From the NCBI RefSeq assembly GCF_009834535.1, contig NC_045698.1, positions 13,022,001 to 13,086,000 of the forward strand: a stretch of DNA of 64,000 nt, written 5' to 3'. The DNA is from Camelus ferus. Taxonomy: Eukaryota. Position numbers and translations under genes: made by a program. This document shows, one piece after another, positions 51,823-64,000 of this stretch; the stretch's first letter is position 1, and each line of letters opens with the position of its first letter. Under the pieces are notes generated by a model, which did no database searches, had not been told where the DNA came from, and saw nothing but the letters and a program-made list of their open reading frames with translations.

Positions 51823-54800
51823 CGGATTATTCCTACTCTACTGTGGAGTTTTTGAGAAATGAAACAACAGAGGCACATAGAAATAAAATTTCTACTTAAT
51901 TTTGAGAAAGGTGATTGGAGAAAAAGATATGGACCTATATCCATAAGCAATTGGCCGCTAGTCCTTCACCTCTGAATTAGACAGATTTGTCCACCCAGTT
52001 ATTAGCAAACTGAACAGCCTGAAAGTTTCCCTAGGGAGACAGTCTCACACTTCTAAGAAGACACATTCTTGCTGCAGGTAGGTCAACCTGAAAAGATAGA
52101 ATCTGGATGAAATATGCTCAAGGTTTTCTCTTCAAATCCAATCAGATATCACTCTTCCCATGTGAATGAGAAGGTACAGGACTGAGCCAAACAGGGAAGG
52201 TTCTCCCTACACATTTTTTGTTCCTTTTTTTGGTTGTTTTCTCCTGTGATCCAGAGTGAAAGTTCTCTATCATCTATAGACACATGAAGACAGGTAATGT
52301 GTTCCCTACCAATAGCCAGTAAGTCAATGGGTGACTTTGAGTTAGTGCTTCTCATCCACCTAATTTTTGTCAAGTTCTGTATCCTTCACATATCTGAAAG
52401 CTAACTGTTTTCAATTAAACAATTCCTTTACCTTATAGTCATATATATGTTCTTATTCACACATTTTAGTGTTTTTGACCACATGTTCACAACTCCACGT
52501 TTCATTTCAGGAACATTCATGGCTAGAAAGTGTTCTAGTTTGCAAGGCTAATTCATAAGTCTAAAATTTTAGTCTAAAAACAGAAGTGTAAAAAATTTTT
52601 TTTAAATTTAAAAGTGATCAAAGACTACATCTCATTGCAGATGAACTTGATTTACAACTTCAAATTTAAACATGTTGTAAATTATAGGAATAGATAAAAG
52701 AGAATGGGAAGAGTTCTTTGCCTCCAAAATCAGAATTATAATGAATTCACTTACAGCACTTTTCTGTGTAAGTGAAAATGTGTACAAAGTATGAATTTAG
52801 AATCTAATTTTTAAATGAGTTATTTGACCTAAATTTCAATCATAGCCTTAAAGGTCATTTGAAAATGTGACAAGCAAATACATTGATCTTAAAAGAAAAG
52901 TTATGGCTATTAAATGATGTTGCAAAAGATATACAACTTACCAAATTTTTTACAATGTCAAGATTTGTAATGACATTTCTTTTTCTGATCTAAAGGAGAC
53001 TTAACTTCATCCAAAGTGAGCAGAAAAATCGTAGTAGTCATAATTATGTAGCTTGCTGTATCTTTAATATGGAAGGACATGCCTTATTTGACAAGTCTAT
53101 ACCAGATGGAATGCATTTTTTTTTTATAAAAAAAGCTTAAAATGCTAATCTACAGTCTTGAAAAAAAAGGCTGATATTTTGGTTTGAGACTAACACACCA
53201 GGAGATTGCCAAAAGAAATAATTGAATCTTTATCCTTCAGCATATCAACAGTTTCATATATCTCCATTTTCAACTCATTTAAAATTCAATTTTGGCAAGT
53301 CAAATAATTGAAATCGACTACGTTGAGGAATGTCTATGTTAATTTAGCATCATCAAGCACAATGTCAGGTTCCAACCATAGTCTCTGACTCCAAGTCTAC
53401 TATTCCTTCCAGAAATCCAGACCAGTGATTAAAGGCAGATACCAACTCTGCAAGCATAAGTTGACTAAGGTTGAAATAGAAAGCCGTACTTAAGAAAAAT
53501 CTACTAATATCAGAAGATTTTTAGGTAGTTTTCTTAGACGCAATTAAAAACGAAATCACCATTATAGGTAGAAGTGGGTTGTGATCTTTGAAGGAATTGG
53601 TCAGTTTTATTTCAGTCTTCCTTAAATAGTTTAATTCCAGAGTAAGAAATGTAAGTAGGAATAGATAAGGATAGCAAAATAATTATCCATTGGTCTGCTA
53701 CTCTGTCTCCTCTAGTCCCTCCCCCAGCAACTCCCCTGCAGCATGCAGTCTTGTTAACTAGAAGGAAAGGAATGTGATGCAAAAATCACAGACCCTTGGA
53801 TTACCTGCCCTGGACATAACTGTGCCAACAGGAGCTGAGATAGGCAGAGAGCAGGAGCATCGTTTAGGGAGGACACAGGATCTGTAAATACCAATGACCA
53901 CCTGTTCCCTCTTGCATAAGGTCTCCTTTTGTGCCCTGTGCAAACAATTCCCAAACACTTACCTAGATCTCCTATCAAGATATTGAGCTATTCCAATTCA
54001 CTCTGCTTTAAGTAATTATTTGCTTCATTTTCATATGTTTCTTTTTTCATGCATGAGGCTTTGTTGAGGATTTATTGTAATTGATACAACTGGATTTGAT
54101 GACTGCCATTTTAATCTTTGCCAGACCCTCAGCTTTCCTTCAAATGTGCACTCACTTAAATCTTGCTTTCACAGAACAAATTTTTAAAAAGTAATGAAAC
54201 AAACAAACAAAAAAACCCTGAAAATTCTAGCTATTTTCTTTTTCATTGCCTGTTTCTTTCTATGTCTGACTGAGTAGCATATAGAATAATTTCTTTTGAA
54301 TTCACTTACTTCACACATCTTAATACTGTAAATAGACATAGAACTTAGAGCTTATTTCCCTTACAAATAATAAAAAAGAGCTTATTGCTTCTTTATTGTT
54401 AAAATCCTCTCCCCTCCCAATATGCCTTTATCAAAGTCCAAGGAGAATTAGGCTAGACTTAACCTGAAGTATGAGGATGAGGAAATTACTCATGGAGATG
54501 AGCCTGCAGGAAAAACAAAGCACAGGATTAACCTTAAAGAAATCTTAGTCCAGGGTTGGCAGGAGAATTAGACTATAAATCATCTTTTTGTGAATCCATG
54601 TATTTTAGTGGAACATAGCTAGAAGTATTACTTGGTTTCAGTTGCATTGTGGACACTTTTAAATGGAAGGATGACTTGCTTGGAGATAACCGAGAGAAGG
54701 GGCCATATTTCTTCACATACACTTTAGTAGGGCAAGAAGTTGGATGCTGAGAAAAGCGATATTCAGCAAAATGGGGGTCTTGGGAATGGCAGCAGCACCA

Positions 54801-55782
54801 TGGATGTAGATATTTTGGGCAGGAAAGTAGGTTAGAACAGAAGAAACTGAGATGAGTGTCTCAAAGTACTCGTGAAATAGCTCCCTAGGAAGCACTTAAG
54901 TTTCTGGGGAAGAATTCGAGGAAGGATACTGCCAATTTATAAAAACTGGAATGGTAAGATCTCATAATAATTATGGCAAAAGAAGAATTGGGACTCTATA
55001 TTTTGTCAGAAGATGTCGAGACTTGGGACTTGAAATTTATGTATGATTTGATTTGGAAAACAATTTACTTAGCATTCACCTACATGAGAGATTAGTATAA
55101 GAGAAGTCATAAATGTATATGAGGGTTAGCTAGAATTTGGAGGCCCTTTAAGGCCAGAAAGTGAATTGGCTAATATAGAGGTAGCATGGAAAACAGGAAG
55201 TTTTCAAGGCAGAAGAGCAAAGCTCTGAGATTGATTTAACTAACCATTTATATAGACACTTGGTAGATACGAGTGGAAAAAACAAGGAGGAAGGTGATCC
55301 AACCCTGGCACTTGAAGATGCTGACATTGTAGTTCAAGTTACAAAATACAGGCTAAATATCTATTAGACTTTGCTTAATCTTAACTATTAATCATAAATT
55401 ATCTGAATACCAGATGATCTGGAAAGATGCAAAAAGAAGTGATCATTTACTTATACAATAAATAATTGATTCTAGAAGGCAGTCATGTGGCTAGGTGTCA
55501 CTGTTTTGAGGTAAGCACTTATTCCTTCACTACTTACCCAAGAAATATTTATTGAATGTCTTCTGTTAGCCAGGCCAATGCATATGAAATGAAACAGATG
55601 ACTAATGTAATGAACTGTACAAATAGAGACAAATTTATCTGAATATTTTACTGTAACATTTTCAGCAACATGTCAGATAGAATTGTTGTTTGTAAAATTC
55701 TCACGCTAAAACACATAGCTGGACACACACACACAAAAAGGTAAAAATTTATAGGCAGCTCTACAACTAAGCAAAGGGCTCC

Positions 55783-56308
55783 TGTGCCCACCGTCAGAAA
55801 GCCAAACTCTGACAGAGGGAGTTTACAGTAGTCAGGGTTTATTTGTAGGGCACCAAGGAAGGGAGAGGCAGACAAGTCTTGGATCCACTCCAGCTTGGTC
55901 TCTGAGTTGGGGGTATTTAAAAGAGAAACACAAAGAAGCTGAAGTTGACCATCATTTTGCGACATTTCTGTGATATTTTTTTCTTAATCACAGTTGCAGA
56001 GTCAGGATGTCTCTGATTTACAAGTTTCTGGCCACGTGGTCAATGGCTCGGGGGTCTGTTATCTCCTCTTGCCCTAGAGAAACCACTTGAGTTTGTGAGT
56101 TAAGGATGATATCTGTAATAGCAATGATAGTACATTAATGATGTTATCGACAACAGCAATTTTAGTCATATGACTCTGCTTGATTAGCTTACAGTTAGCA
56201 CAGGATTGAGGTCAGAGGGGACAAGAAGGACAATAAAGTTTTGGGTAGAAAGAACAAGCATAAACTCTGTAAGGGAATTCGGTTTTATGGGGACTCGGTT
56301 TTGGTTCA
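55783..56308 (-). mobile_element. ERV solo LTR (probably ERV1 class, lineage-specific)
   Basis: tg...ca ends flanked by gctcc and actcc; antisense polyA signal (tttatt at about 55838) and TATA-like tatttaaa at about 55914. Confidence 0.75.
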
Positions 56309-56354
56309 ACTCCGTGAAGGTGTGTGATTGCACAGCAAGTGGCAGAACAGGGAC

Positions 56355-56854
56355 TAAAGACTTCCATTTATGAGACAACCAAGTAGATGTAAGTATAACT
56401 AAACACCTTGGACATTAAATATATGACAAACATAAGAAGACAGAAAACTTGGGAGAGGAAAAAAGCAGACTGGTAAGGGCCTTGGGGTTAAGGAACAACA
56501 TGGTGGTGAGTTTTCTGGAATTTCTTTTGCCTCCTTCATCCTAAAGAAGCCAGCAAGTTAGAAACACCAGTAGGCACAGAGAAGGAAAGCCTCAGCAAAA
56601 GTCTGCTCTCTCTAGCTGGAGGACTATGAAGGGCACACAAGAAAGATGAAGAATTTTTAGATACTAACAAATCCATCGAACCCAATCACCATAGAAATAG
56701 ACTCTACCCAACTCCCACACCAGCCAACAAAAGCTGAGTGGGGACCCTAAAATTCCAACCTTGCCAGGCTGTAATGAGGAGGCTCTCTCCTCTTTAAAGT
56801 CCTTCCCTCCCCCACTGGAGTGGTATCAAAGAAGGATGAGTTGTAAGCAAGGAG

Positions 56855-56931
<77 letters not shown>

Positions 56932-57860
56932 GGCAAAGAGATAGGCACATAGCACAATGGTGCAGAACAGAGAATCAAGAAACAGACCTGCACAAATTGG
57001 TGCAACTTATTTTTCACAAAAGCACAGGCAATTCAATGGAAGGGAGACAGCTTTTTCAACAAATGATACTGAAGGAATCAGACATCCATAGACAAAAAAA
57101 AAATATGAATCTTGACCTAAATCTTACACATTATACAAAAATAAACTCAAAATAGATCACGCAGTAAAATGTAAAACATCAAACTTAAAAACTTTTAGAC
57201 AAAAGAGAAGAGGACAAGCTTTTCAGGATCTCGGACTAGAAGAAAGTTCTTATACCAAAAGTATGACCCATAAAAGAAAACAATTAACTCCCAGGAAAAA
57301 TGCATCCAAAAATAAAAGTAAAAAAGAAAGAAAGAAATACTTAAGACCTGCTGCCAAGTACGTGTACGAGACTAAACTTAACACACCTAAAAGAAGAACG
57401 CCGAACTGAGGTGGGAACAAAAACAAACCGAAAAACAAACAAAATGGTCCAGGTCCTGGTCCACAGGAGCACCAGTTGAAACAAGCACAGAACTTTATAA
57501 GGGTGGGCAGGCGAAGAATAATTCCCAACGAACTGGAAGCTGAGGAATTCTCAGGACTCCCAAATTGCTGGGTATATTTGAATTCCGAACAGAGTTAGAG
57601 AAACCTCAAAACACATGGGGGTAATTATGAAAGGCACCAGAATACTTATGCTTTAGTGGTAGGGCTAGGTTACTTTGGGACCTCCAAACACCACCACCAC
57701 CAACTTGGGGAAAAAAAAAAGAAAAAAAAACTTTGGAAGAGATCAAGCTGATCTACAAGTAATTTAACTGTCTGTTGAAATAAATTTAATAATATTTCAA
57801 AGATAAGAGACAAGTCAAATATTCAAATGATAACATTCTCAATGTTCAGCATTTAGTTAA
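56355..57860 (+). mobile_element. Old L1 (L1MC/MD-like) 5'-region pieces with an ORF2 fragment at about 56935-57310
   Basis: ggaacaacatggtggtgagttttctgg; attcaatggaagggagacagctttttcaacaaatgatactg...tatacaaaaataaactcaaaatagatcac. Confidence 0.75.
56859..56931. repeat. (TA)28 followed by T17
   Basis: Seen directly. Confidence 0.95.
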
Positions 57861-60800
57861 ACAAGGGGCAAAAGATCAATTCAACTTTGCTTGGGCATAA
57901 AATTAATCTTCATCTCAAGCAACTGCAAGGGGCAGGGATGTCCATGAATTCAACTCAGAAGACAACCCTTCAGCCTCTCCTTCCAGAATCTGTCTCCATG
58001 ACAGAAGTAATAGCTGTTTGTAAGCCCAGATCACATGCTTGTAAGTTTTTTTTTACCAGAAAAAAAAAGAAAAAGGGAGCTAACCATTTGGCAAAACTGT
58101 GGCCATTGCTGTAAGGTATTATGACTGATCAGGAGCAGAAAAGTATTGTACTACATTAATTACAATCCAGGAGGGCAAAATCTTATATAACTTCATTAGA
58201 GAAAAATAGACCCTTATTTTCTTTCCCAATGTATATGTTCAGCAAATTTTCTCTTATTAAAATATGACTTTAATCAAGAGATATATCCACAATCATTAAT
58301 TAAAACATATTCTTACATACCCAAAGAGCAACTAGAAGTCTTTGAGGCTGTAAAAAATAGGTCAGTTTCTAAATGTGAGAAGGAAGAGATTTCTTTTTTT
58401 TTTGGAAGGGGCATGGATATTATTAAAGAGAAAATGGATTGGACTTGAAAATGATCCCTTTAATCCATCCCTTGAGCCTGTTGATCATACTTCACTCAGC
58501 TGGAAAAATAATTTAGGACTTAAAAATTGAAATTGTAAAGTATATTATGTTATGTGAAAGTAAGTGCATCTGTTAGAATCTTCAAAGTTAAAGCTCTTGC
58601 CTGTGTGCCTTAAGGCTTTGGAAAGATTTGATTCTGACGGCTGTTAGGAAGTCTTAGATTTTGGAAGATACTACTTCCAATCATGTAAGTAACCGAATTT
58701 TTTTTTTTAAAGAGAAAGCCAGATGCACACACAAAGCCTTTTCATTATGATGATTGCTATACGGTGATGATTAATCCTCACTTTCAATATCCCATGAAAT
58801 ACTCAGAAAATACAAACCAGATGCAAATGTCACATTGTAAAACAACAAGGGAAATAAAGACATGCGTGGGAGAAGGTCGCCTGCTTGGTGGCTGCAGGAA
58901 GTAGGAAGAAACACAAGGCAAACACAGCAATGAACATGGGGGGTCCTAGTATTTTGTGACATCTGCTTGTGACTTCTGGAGAGGGAAGAAGTGTGACTGA
59001 CTCCAGCTTATCAGGGAACGTGTACTCCATGCAGTCAGATGACCAGGAATTGAGAACGTAAGAGAGAGAAGCTGGAGATCGGCCTTGAGGCTATTCACAT
59101 CCATGACCTCCTGTCTAGTACCAAAAAAGAGCAACTATTTTTCACCAAATTACTGTCTCTTCTCATGTATATACCTTTAGTCAGAATCAAGATTTGGAAA
59201 AAATAATTAAGATAATCCTTTTTAGTGAAAGAAAGAAAACAGAGTATTTTTTTTTTTATTATGCGAAGGGAACTGCATGCTCGTGGCAGAACATCAGAGT
59301 CTAATACATCAGTAAGAATCCCCTGAAATGCTACAATTTCAACTTTCACAGTGATCAAAAGAAACCTACATACATTCTTTGCTGCAACAGTACATCTCCA
59401 AGAGCTTGCCTGTCAGGAAGCAGAAAGAACAGGTAGAAAAGGGAATGGAAATTGCCTGCAACCTGGGGATGGAACTCTCATCATCCTCTGGCCAAGGACA
59501 TCATTTGAGGGAACTCCGGGCCTTTCTGAATCTGGAACCCATCAGCAGAGGACTCCTCCATCTGCACCTCAGTTAACCTGCTCGTTCAGTGTGAAAAAGC
59601 CATTTCTCCTCCAAATTACAAGACAGGTTTTCTCTACAAAATATTACTCAAACTCTGCCCATCATTTGTATAGTATCTCTCAAAAGTCTCTTATCTAGCA
59701 GGCTGTAAGTCCTTTCTAATTTTGCGACCACTTATTCCTCCTTATGGCCGATGGGGAAAATATGCTCTGGGTGCAGGAATCTCTTGGATCAAAATATTTT
59801 ACAAACATTGCCACTGAAGGGATTTCACTCATAATATTTTTCTATGCTGCTCTTTGCCATAAAATTTTACAAAGAGGTAATAGAATAATTAATAAGTGTA
59901 GGCAAATGTTTCCTATCAGATTCATAAGAAACTGTTTTAAAACTGGGTGTCGCATTTTCAACGAGACAGATATTTCATTACAAGTTTTAAGAGAGCTGAT
60001 TATCTTTAAGATTGTGATACGATTTATAAATTGTGTCAATATTAGCTTCAACGGAAGCTCTTTTCAGCTTTTGAATGTACATTTCACATGATCACAAAAT
60101 CTGCTTATAAACAAAGGTTTATTGATATAAATTAATATATATCAGGAATAAACATACAAAATAAACAGTTTTTTTTCTCTAATGTTCCATATAACCGATG
60201 CATGCTTTTAAATACTATAGGAATTAACAGGAAAGAATAATTCTGACTCATATGATATGAACTAATGTGAAAATATTAAGGAGGAAGTAAATTTTCAAGT
60301 ATTCTTTAGAGAGAAAATATAGTATATTTCTCTAAACTGCCACTTACATTTTTCAATGATAGAAAAACTGCTTATTTAAGACAATCTTTCCTTGACTACA
60401 TACCTTAATCAATCAATCAAGAAAATTACCAAAGTACAAGTGAGGGTTTGCTGGTGGGTTTGAGAACTCAATGTTCTACTCATGGAACCACGAATGCAAG
60501 TTATAAATGAATGGATCAAGGATCTACCTAGGAAGGGATGACTACCTAACCAGCCGACATTTCATGAATGAGGAGACTGAGACGGAAAGGAATTAGCTTT
60601 CCAAAGTCAAGGTCAGTGTGAGGTTATAAAGCCTTTCTCAGGGTTTTTTTGTTTGTTTGTTTGTTTATTAGGTTTTTCCCTGAAATATAGAATGAGGTAA
60701 AATCAAATGCCCTCTAGGTATGAGCTTGTACTTCTTAGTTTCCTTTACCACTATCTGATTTTTACCGGAGTGAATTACAAGGGTAGAATACACAGCTGTC

Positions 60801-61399
60801 CTTGGACGCATCCCAATATCTTGACTGCAACAACAAATATTTATATTTTGAGTATTTTAATGGCAATACTTAGAGAACAAAATAATTATTACCAGGAACT
60901 TGAAGACTATCCAATAATGTGTCAAGATCAAATATAGCAACCTTTGCCAAAACTTACATTTTGTAAAACCTACCTTTCTCTCTGCCTACGAATAAGTGAA
61001 TCCACTCTTCTATGTACTTTGGAATACTTCTCTATTACTTGATAGAAAGTGTTTCTATCAAAGACATGTGTGTATTGTTCATATAAACACTCTGTATCCT
61101 TCAGTCACAACAATCTTTAATTCTCATGACAACAGCGAGTAAAGAGATTTATCTTATAGCCTTTTAAACTATACACCTCCAAATTCTTTTTATTAGACTT
61201 TCCTAATAAGGACCTTTGGCAATTAAAATTTTGAAAACAATGATATATAAAATCAAATTACGTAAGATATTTAGAAAGAAAGGGAGAGGAGAGCAGTCTT
61301 AAGGAAGCATTAAAATTGTTTTCACAGATTCGATTCTTCAAAAAGGAAAATCACTGAAATTGTAGAAAACCAAGACAAGAAAGAAAATTTCAGCTACAT

Positions 61400-61900
61400 G
61401 TCTAGTGATGACTGTGTGCAGGAAACTGTGCTAAACACTTGATCATATTTAAACCTTCAAAAAACAGCACAGGAAGTAGTTATTATTATCCTGGTATTAT
61501 AAATGAGGAAATGAGGCTCAGAGCTGTTTATTCCTCATTCATTTATTCTACAAATAGTTGCTGAATGTTTGCTATGTTGACTGTCTTGTTCTGGGAACAA
61601 AGATACGCACAACCCTAAGGTCAAGGAGTTTACAATCTAGCAAGGGAGATAGTCACTAAAAGTAAGCATATTTTCTTGGTCTTGATAAGGATCAAGAGGA
61701 AAATCTAGGCAGAATGTGGAATGCTGAGTAATGACATAAAAGTTGGTATTACTATTTTAAACAGGTGATTAGGTTGACAGCTCTCATGTGCTAGCATATG
61801 AGTCCAGTGAGGGGAAGAACCATGGCGATGATTAAGTAAGAGTATTTCAGATAGAGAAAACACCAGTGACAAAGCCTCTATAGGAGGATGACCCATAGTG
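61400..61900 (-). mobile_element. Adjacent MIR (61400-61530) and L2 (61530-61900) fragments
   Basis: tattattatcctggtattataaatgaggaaatgaggctcagag; cattcatttattctacaaatagttgctgaatg...tcaaggagtttacaatctag. Confidence 0.75.
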
Positions 61901-62363
61901 ACTCCACTGATAAATAAGGGGGCCCAGGTTTGAATCCTTTCCTTGCCTGTGTTCTTATCAGCTACAGAGTATCACTTCCTGGAACATTATCGTCTTCTCA
62001 GTGAACCAAGGCATTGTATATTATGAAGGCATATTATAATGTAATGTATGGTTTGCTTTAATGTAGTGTAATATGATGTATATTTTCTACTTATTATTAT
62101 GTTATTATAAATTTGTAATTCTAGTAAGGAGCATTCTATATTTGGAAATGGTTTAAAATGAGAATTTTCTGTTTCTGAGCATTTATACACTATAGATACA
62201 TTCTATTCTAAATTTCAGTGTTTGATTATCCAAATTAAAAAAAAAATCAAACTTTTTATCTTGAAAGATTGCTTAAATTACAATTTTCAGAACACATTCA
62301 CTACCTTAGTGTATTCATCTTTATTTTTGATCACTAATGGATTTCCTGGAACCAATTTCAAGC

Positions 62364-63255
62364 TGTGTGTGTGTGTGGTTTCCCTACACCTTCCAGAATT
62401 CAGACATCAGCTGGATGTCCTACAATTTATCTCAATTCTGACACTCTTCACCCAGCTATAGCATCAGATTTCACAGGTTAAAAGTTAAGTCCTACAAGGC
62501 TAACTCCTCTCCTCCACCTGAGACACCAATTGCAAATTCAGGCTGTCACCTGTGCTTCTGACCAACTGGCTATAGATTGGGGGTTCCCACAATGCCCTGC
62601 TTGGAATTCAGATGCAGTCAAAGTTCAGGCTGTTAGATCACAAGGTTCAACTACCCCTTTCTTGGGTTTGTTTAATCTCCTAGAACAGCTCACAGAACTT
62701 TGAGACATTTTACTTCCTGGGCACTGGTTCATTATAAAAAATATACATATAACTTACGAACAGCCAGATGGAAAAGATGAGTAAGGCAAGGTATGTGAGA
62801 AGGGTCTCACAGCTTCCACGTCCTCTCCAGGGTACCACTTTCCCCACATCCTCATGAGCTCATCAACCTGGAAGCTCCGTGAACCCTGTCCTTTTGGGTT
62901 GTTAGGGAGGTCTCATTACGTAGGCATAACTGATTAAATTATCGACGGTTAGCGCTAGAACTCAATCTTAAGCTCCTCACCACTCCCAGGAGGTCAGGGG
63001 GTGAGACTGAAAGTTCCTACCTTCTGGTCATGGGTTGCTCCTCAGGCAACCAGTCCCCGTTCTTCAGTGCTTTCCTAAAGTCATTTCGCTAACATCACAA
63101 AAGACACATTTATTACTCTCAGCTTTCAGGAAATTCCAAGGGTGTTGGGAGCTGTGAGCCAGGAACCATGGATGAAGATGAAATCTATAAGAGTAATATA
63201 TTTTGGTCATCTGATTAACCAAATATATATTTTTCTTATAAACTGCAGTATTGCA
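62364..63255 (-). mobile_element. MER21-like ERVL LTR
   Basis: cagctggatgtcctacaatttatctcaattctgacact...gtcacctgtgcttctgaccaactggctatagattggggg...ggaaattccaagggt. Confidence 0.85.
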
Positions 63256-64000
63256 GTCACTACATTATTTTCAATGTAAAATATACATGATGTAAGAAGT
63301 GAAAAAATTTATTTCTCCTGGTTGCTTGTCACTAACCTCACTCCCAGAAATTGCTCATTTTAACAGATTATCACATATCTTATCAAATACCTGATAGAAG
63401 ATATTGATAAAGACCTCATTCTAAATTGGTCTCTAAAAAGTACTATTTTCTTTCCTCAGTGGAATTTATCTGGTTCCCCATTACTTCACCAACATTGGAT
63501 TATTTCAGGTGTTTTAAGCTTTAATAATTAAAAACCAAAAATAATAGCTTGTGTTCTTTTCCCTTTGCAATTCATTATTAGTGAGGTTGAACATTTTTTT
63601 ATAAATGTACCAGTTACTTTTATTTCTTTTTCTGTAAATTGCCTATTCAAAGTCAGCATTTATTTTTCTACTGGGTTGTTCACGTCTTTAAACTTAGATG
63701 TATGTGCACACACACACACACACACACGCTTATGTAAAATATTACTACTTCAGCTTATTAGTATTAAAATATATTTATCAATATTTTATCATTTAACTTT
63801 TTAATGGAATCTTGTACAGATAGTTTAAATTTATAAATAGATAAATATTTCAATTTTTCAAGGTTTAATATGGACAATTACAAATTATGACAAAATATTG
63901 ATTTTCCTACAATGTTTCAGCATAAAATTTTCACCCATTATCTTCTGTTCTTACCAACCATGAGAATGACTTTTAACGTGTTCACTCTCAATTAGTCTGT

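Noticed and set aside
59351..60091. Two 115-aa ORFs
   Set aside because: No recognisable homology or exon structure; lengths are compatible with chance in 64 kb.

Overview
This is AT-rich mammalian genomic DNA, probably camelid, inferred from two Vic-1-type tRNA-derived SINEs and matching young L1 3' ends. It has no intact protein-coding gene, and much of it is interspersed repeat (L1, L2, MIR, ERVL/MaLR and ERV1-type LTRs, MER58A, microsatellites). The main discovery is a heavily decayed, intron-containing pseudogene of the IMPG (interphotoreceptor matrix proteoglycan, SPACR/SPACRCAN) family on the minus strand, about 16396 to 2745. Six pseudo-exons occur in the IMPG order: signal peptide, IMPG N-terminal Cys region plus SEA1 N-half, SEA1 C-half plus S/T/P linker (split by a 5'-inverted L1), micro-exon, SEA2 N-half, SEA2 C-half. 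It looks too divergent and differently spliced to be IMPG1 or IMPG2 itself, so it may be the fossil of a lost third paralogue. The IMPG1/IMPG2 comparison strings and exon structures are recalled from memory, not computed, and need confirmation by alignment. Repeat subfamily names and most repeat boundaries are approximate visual calls.
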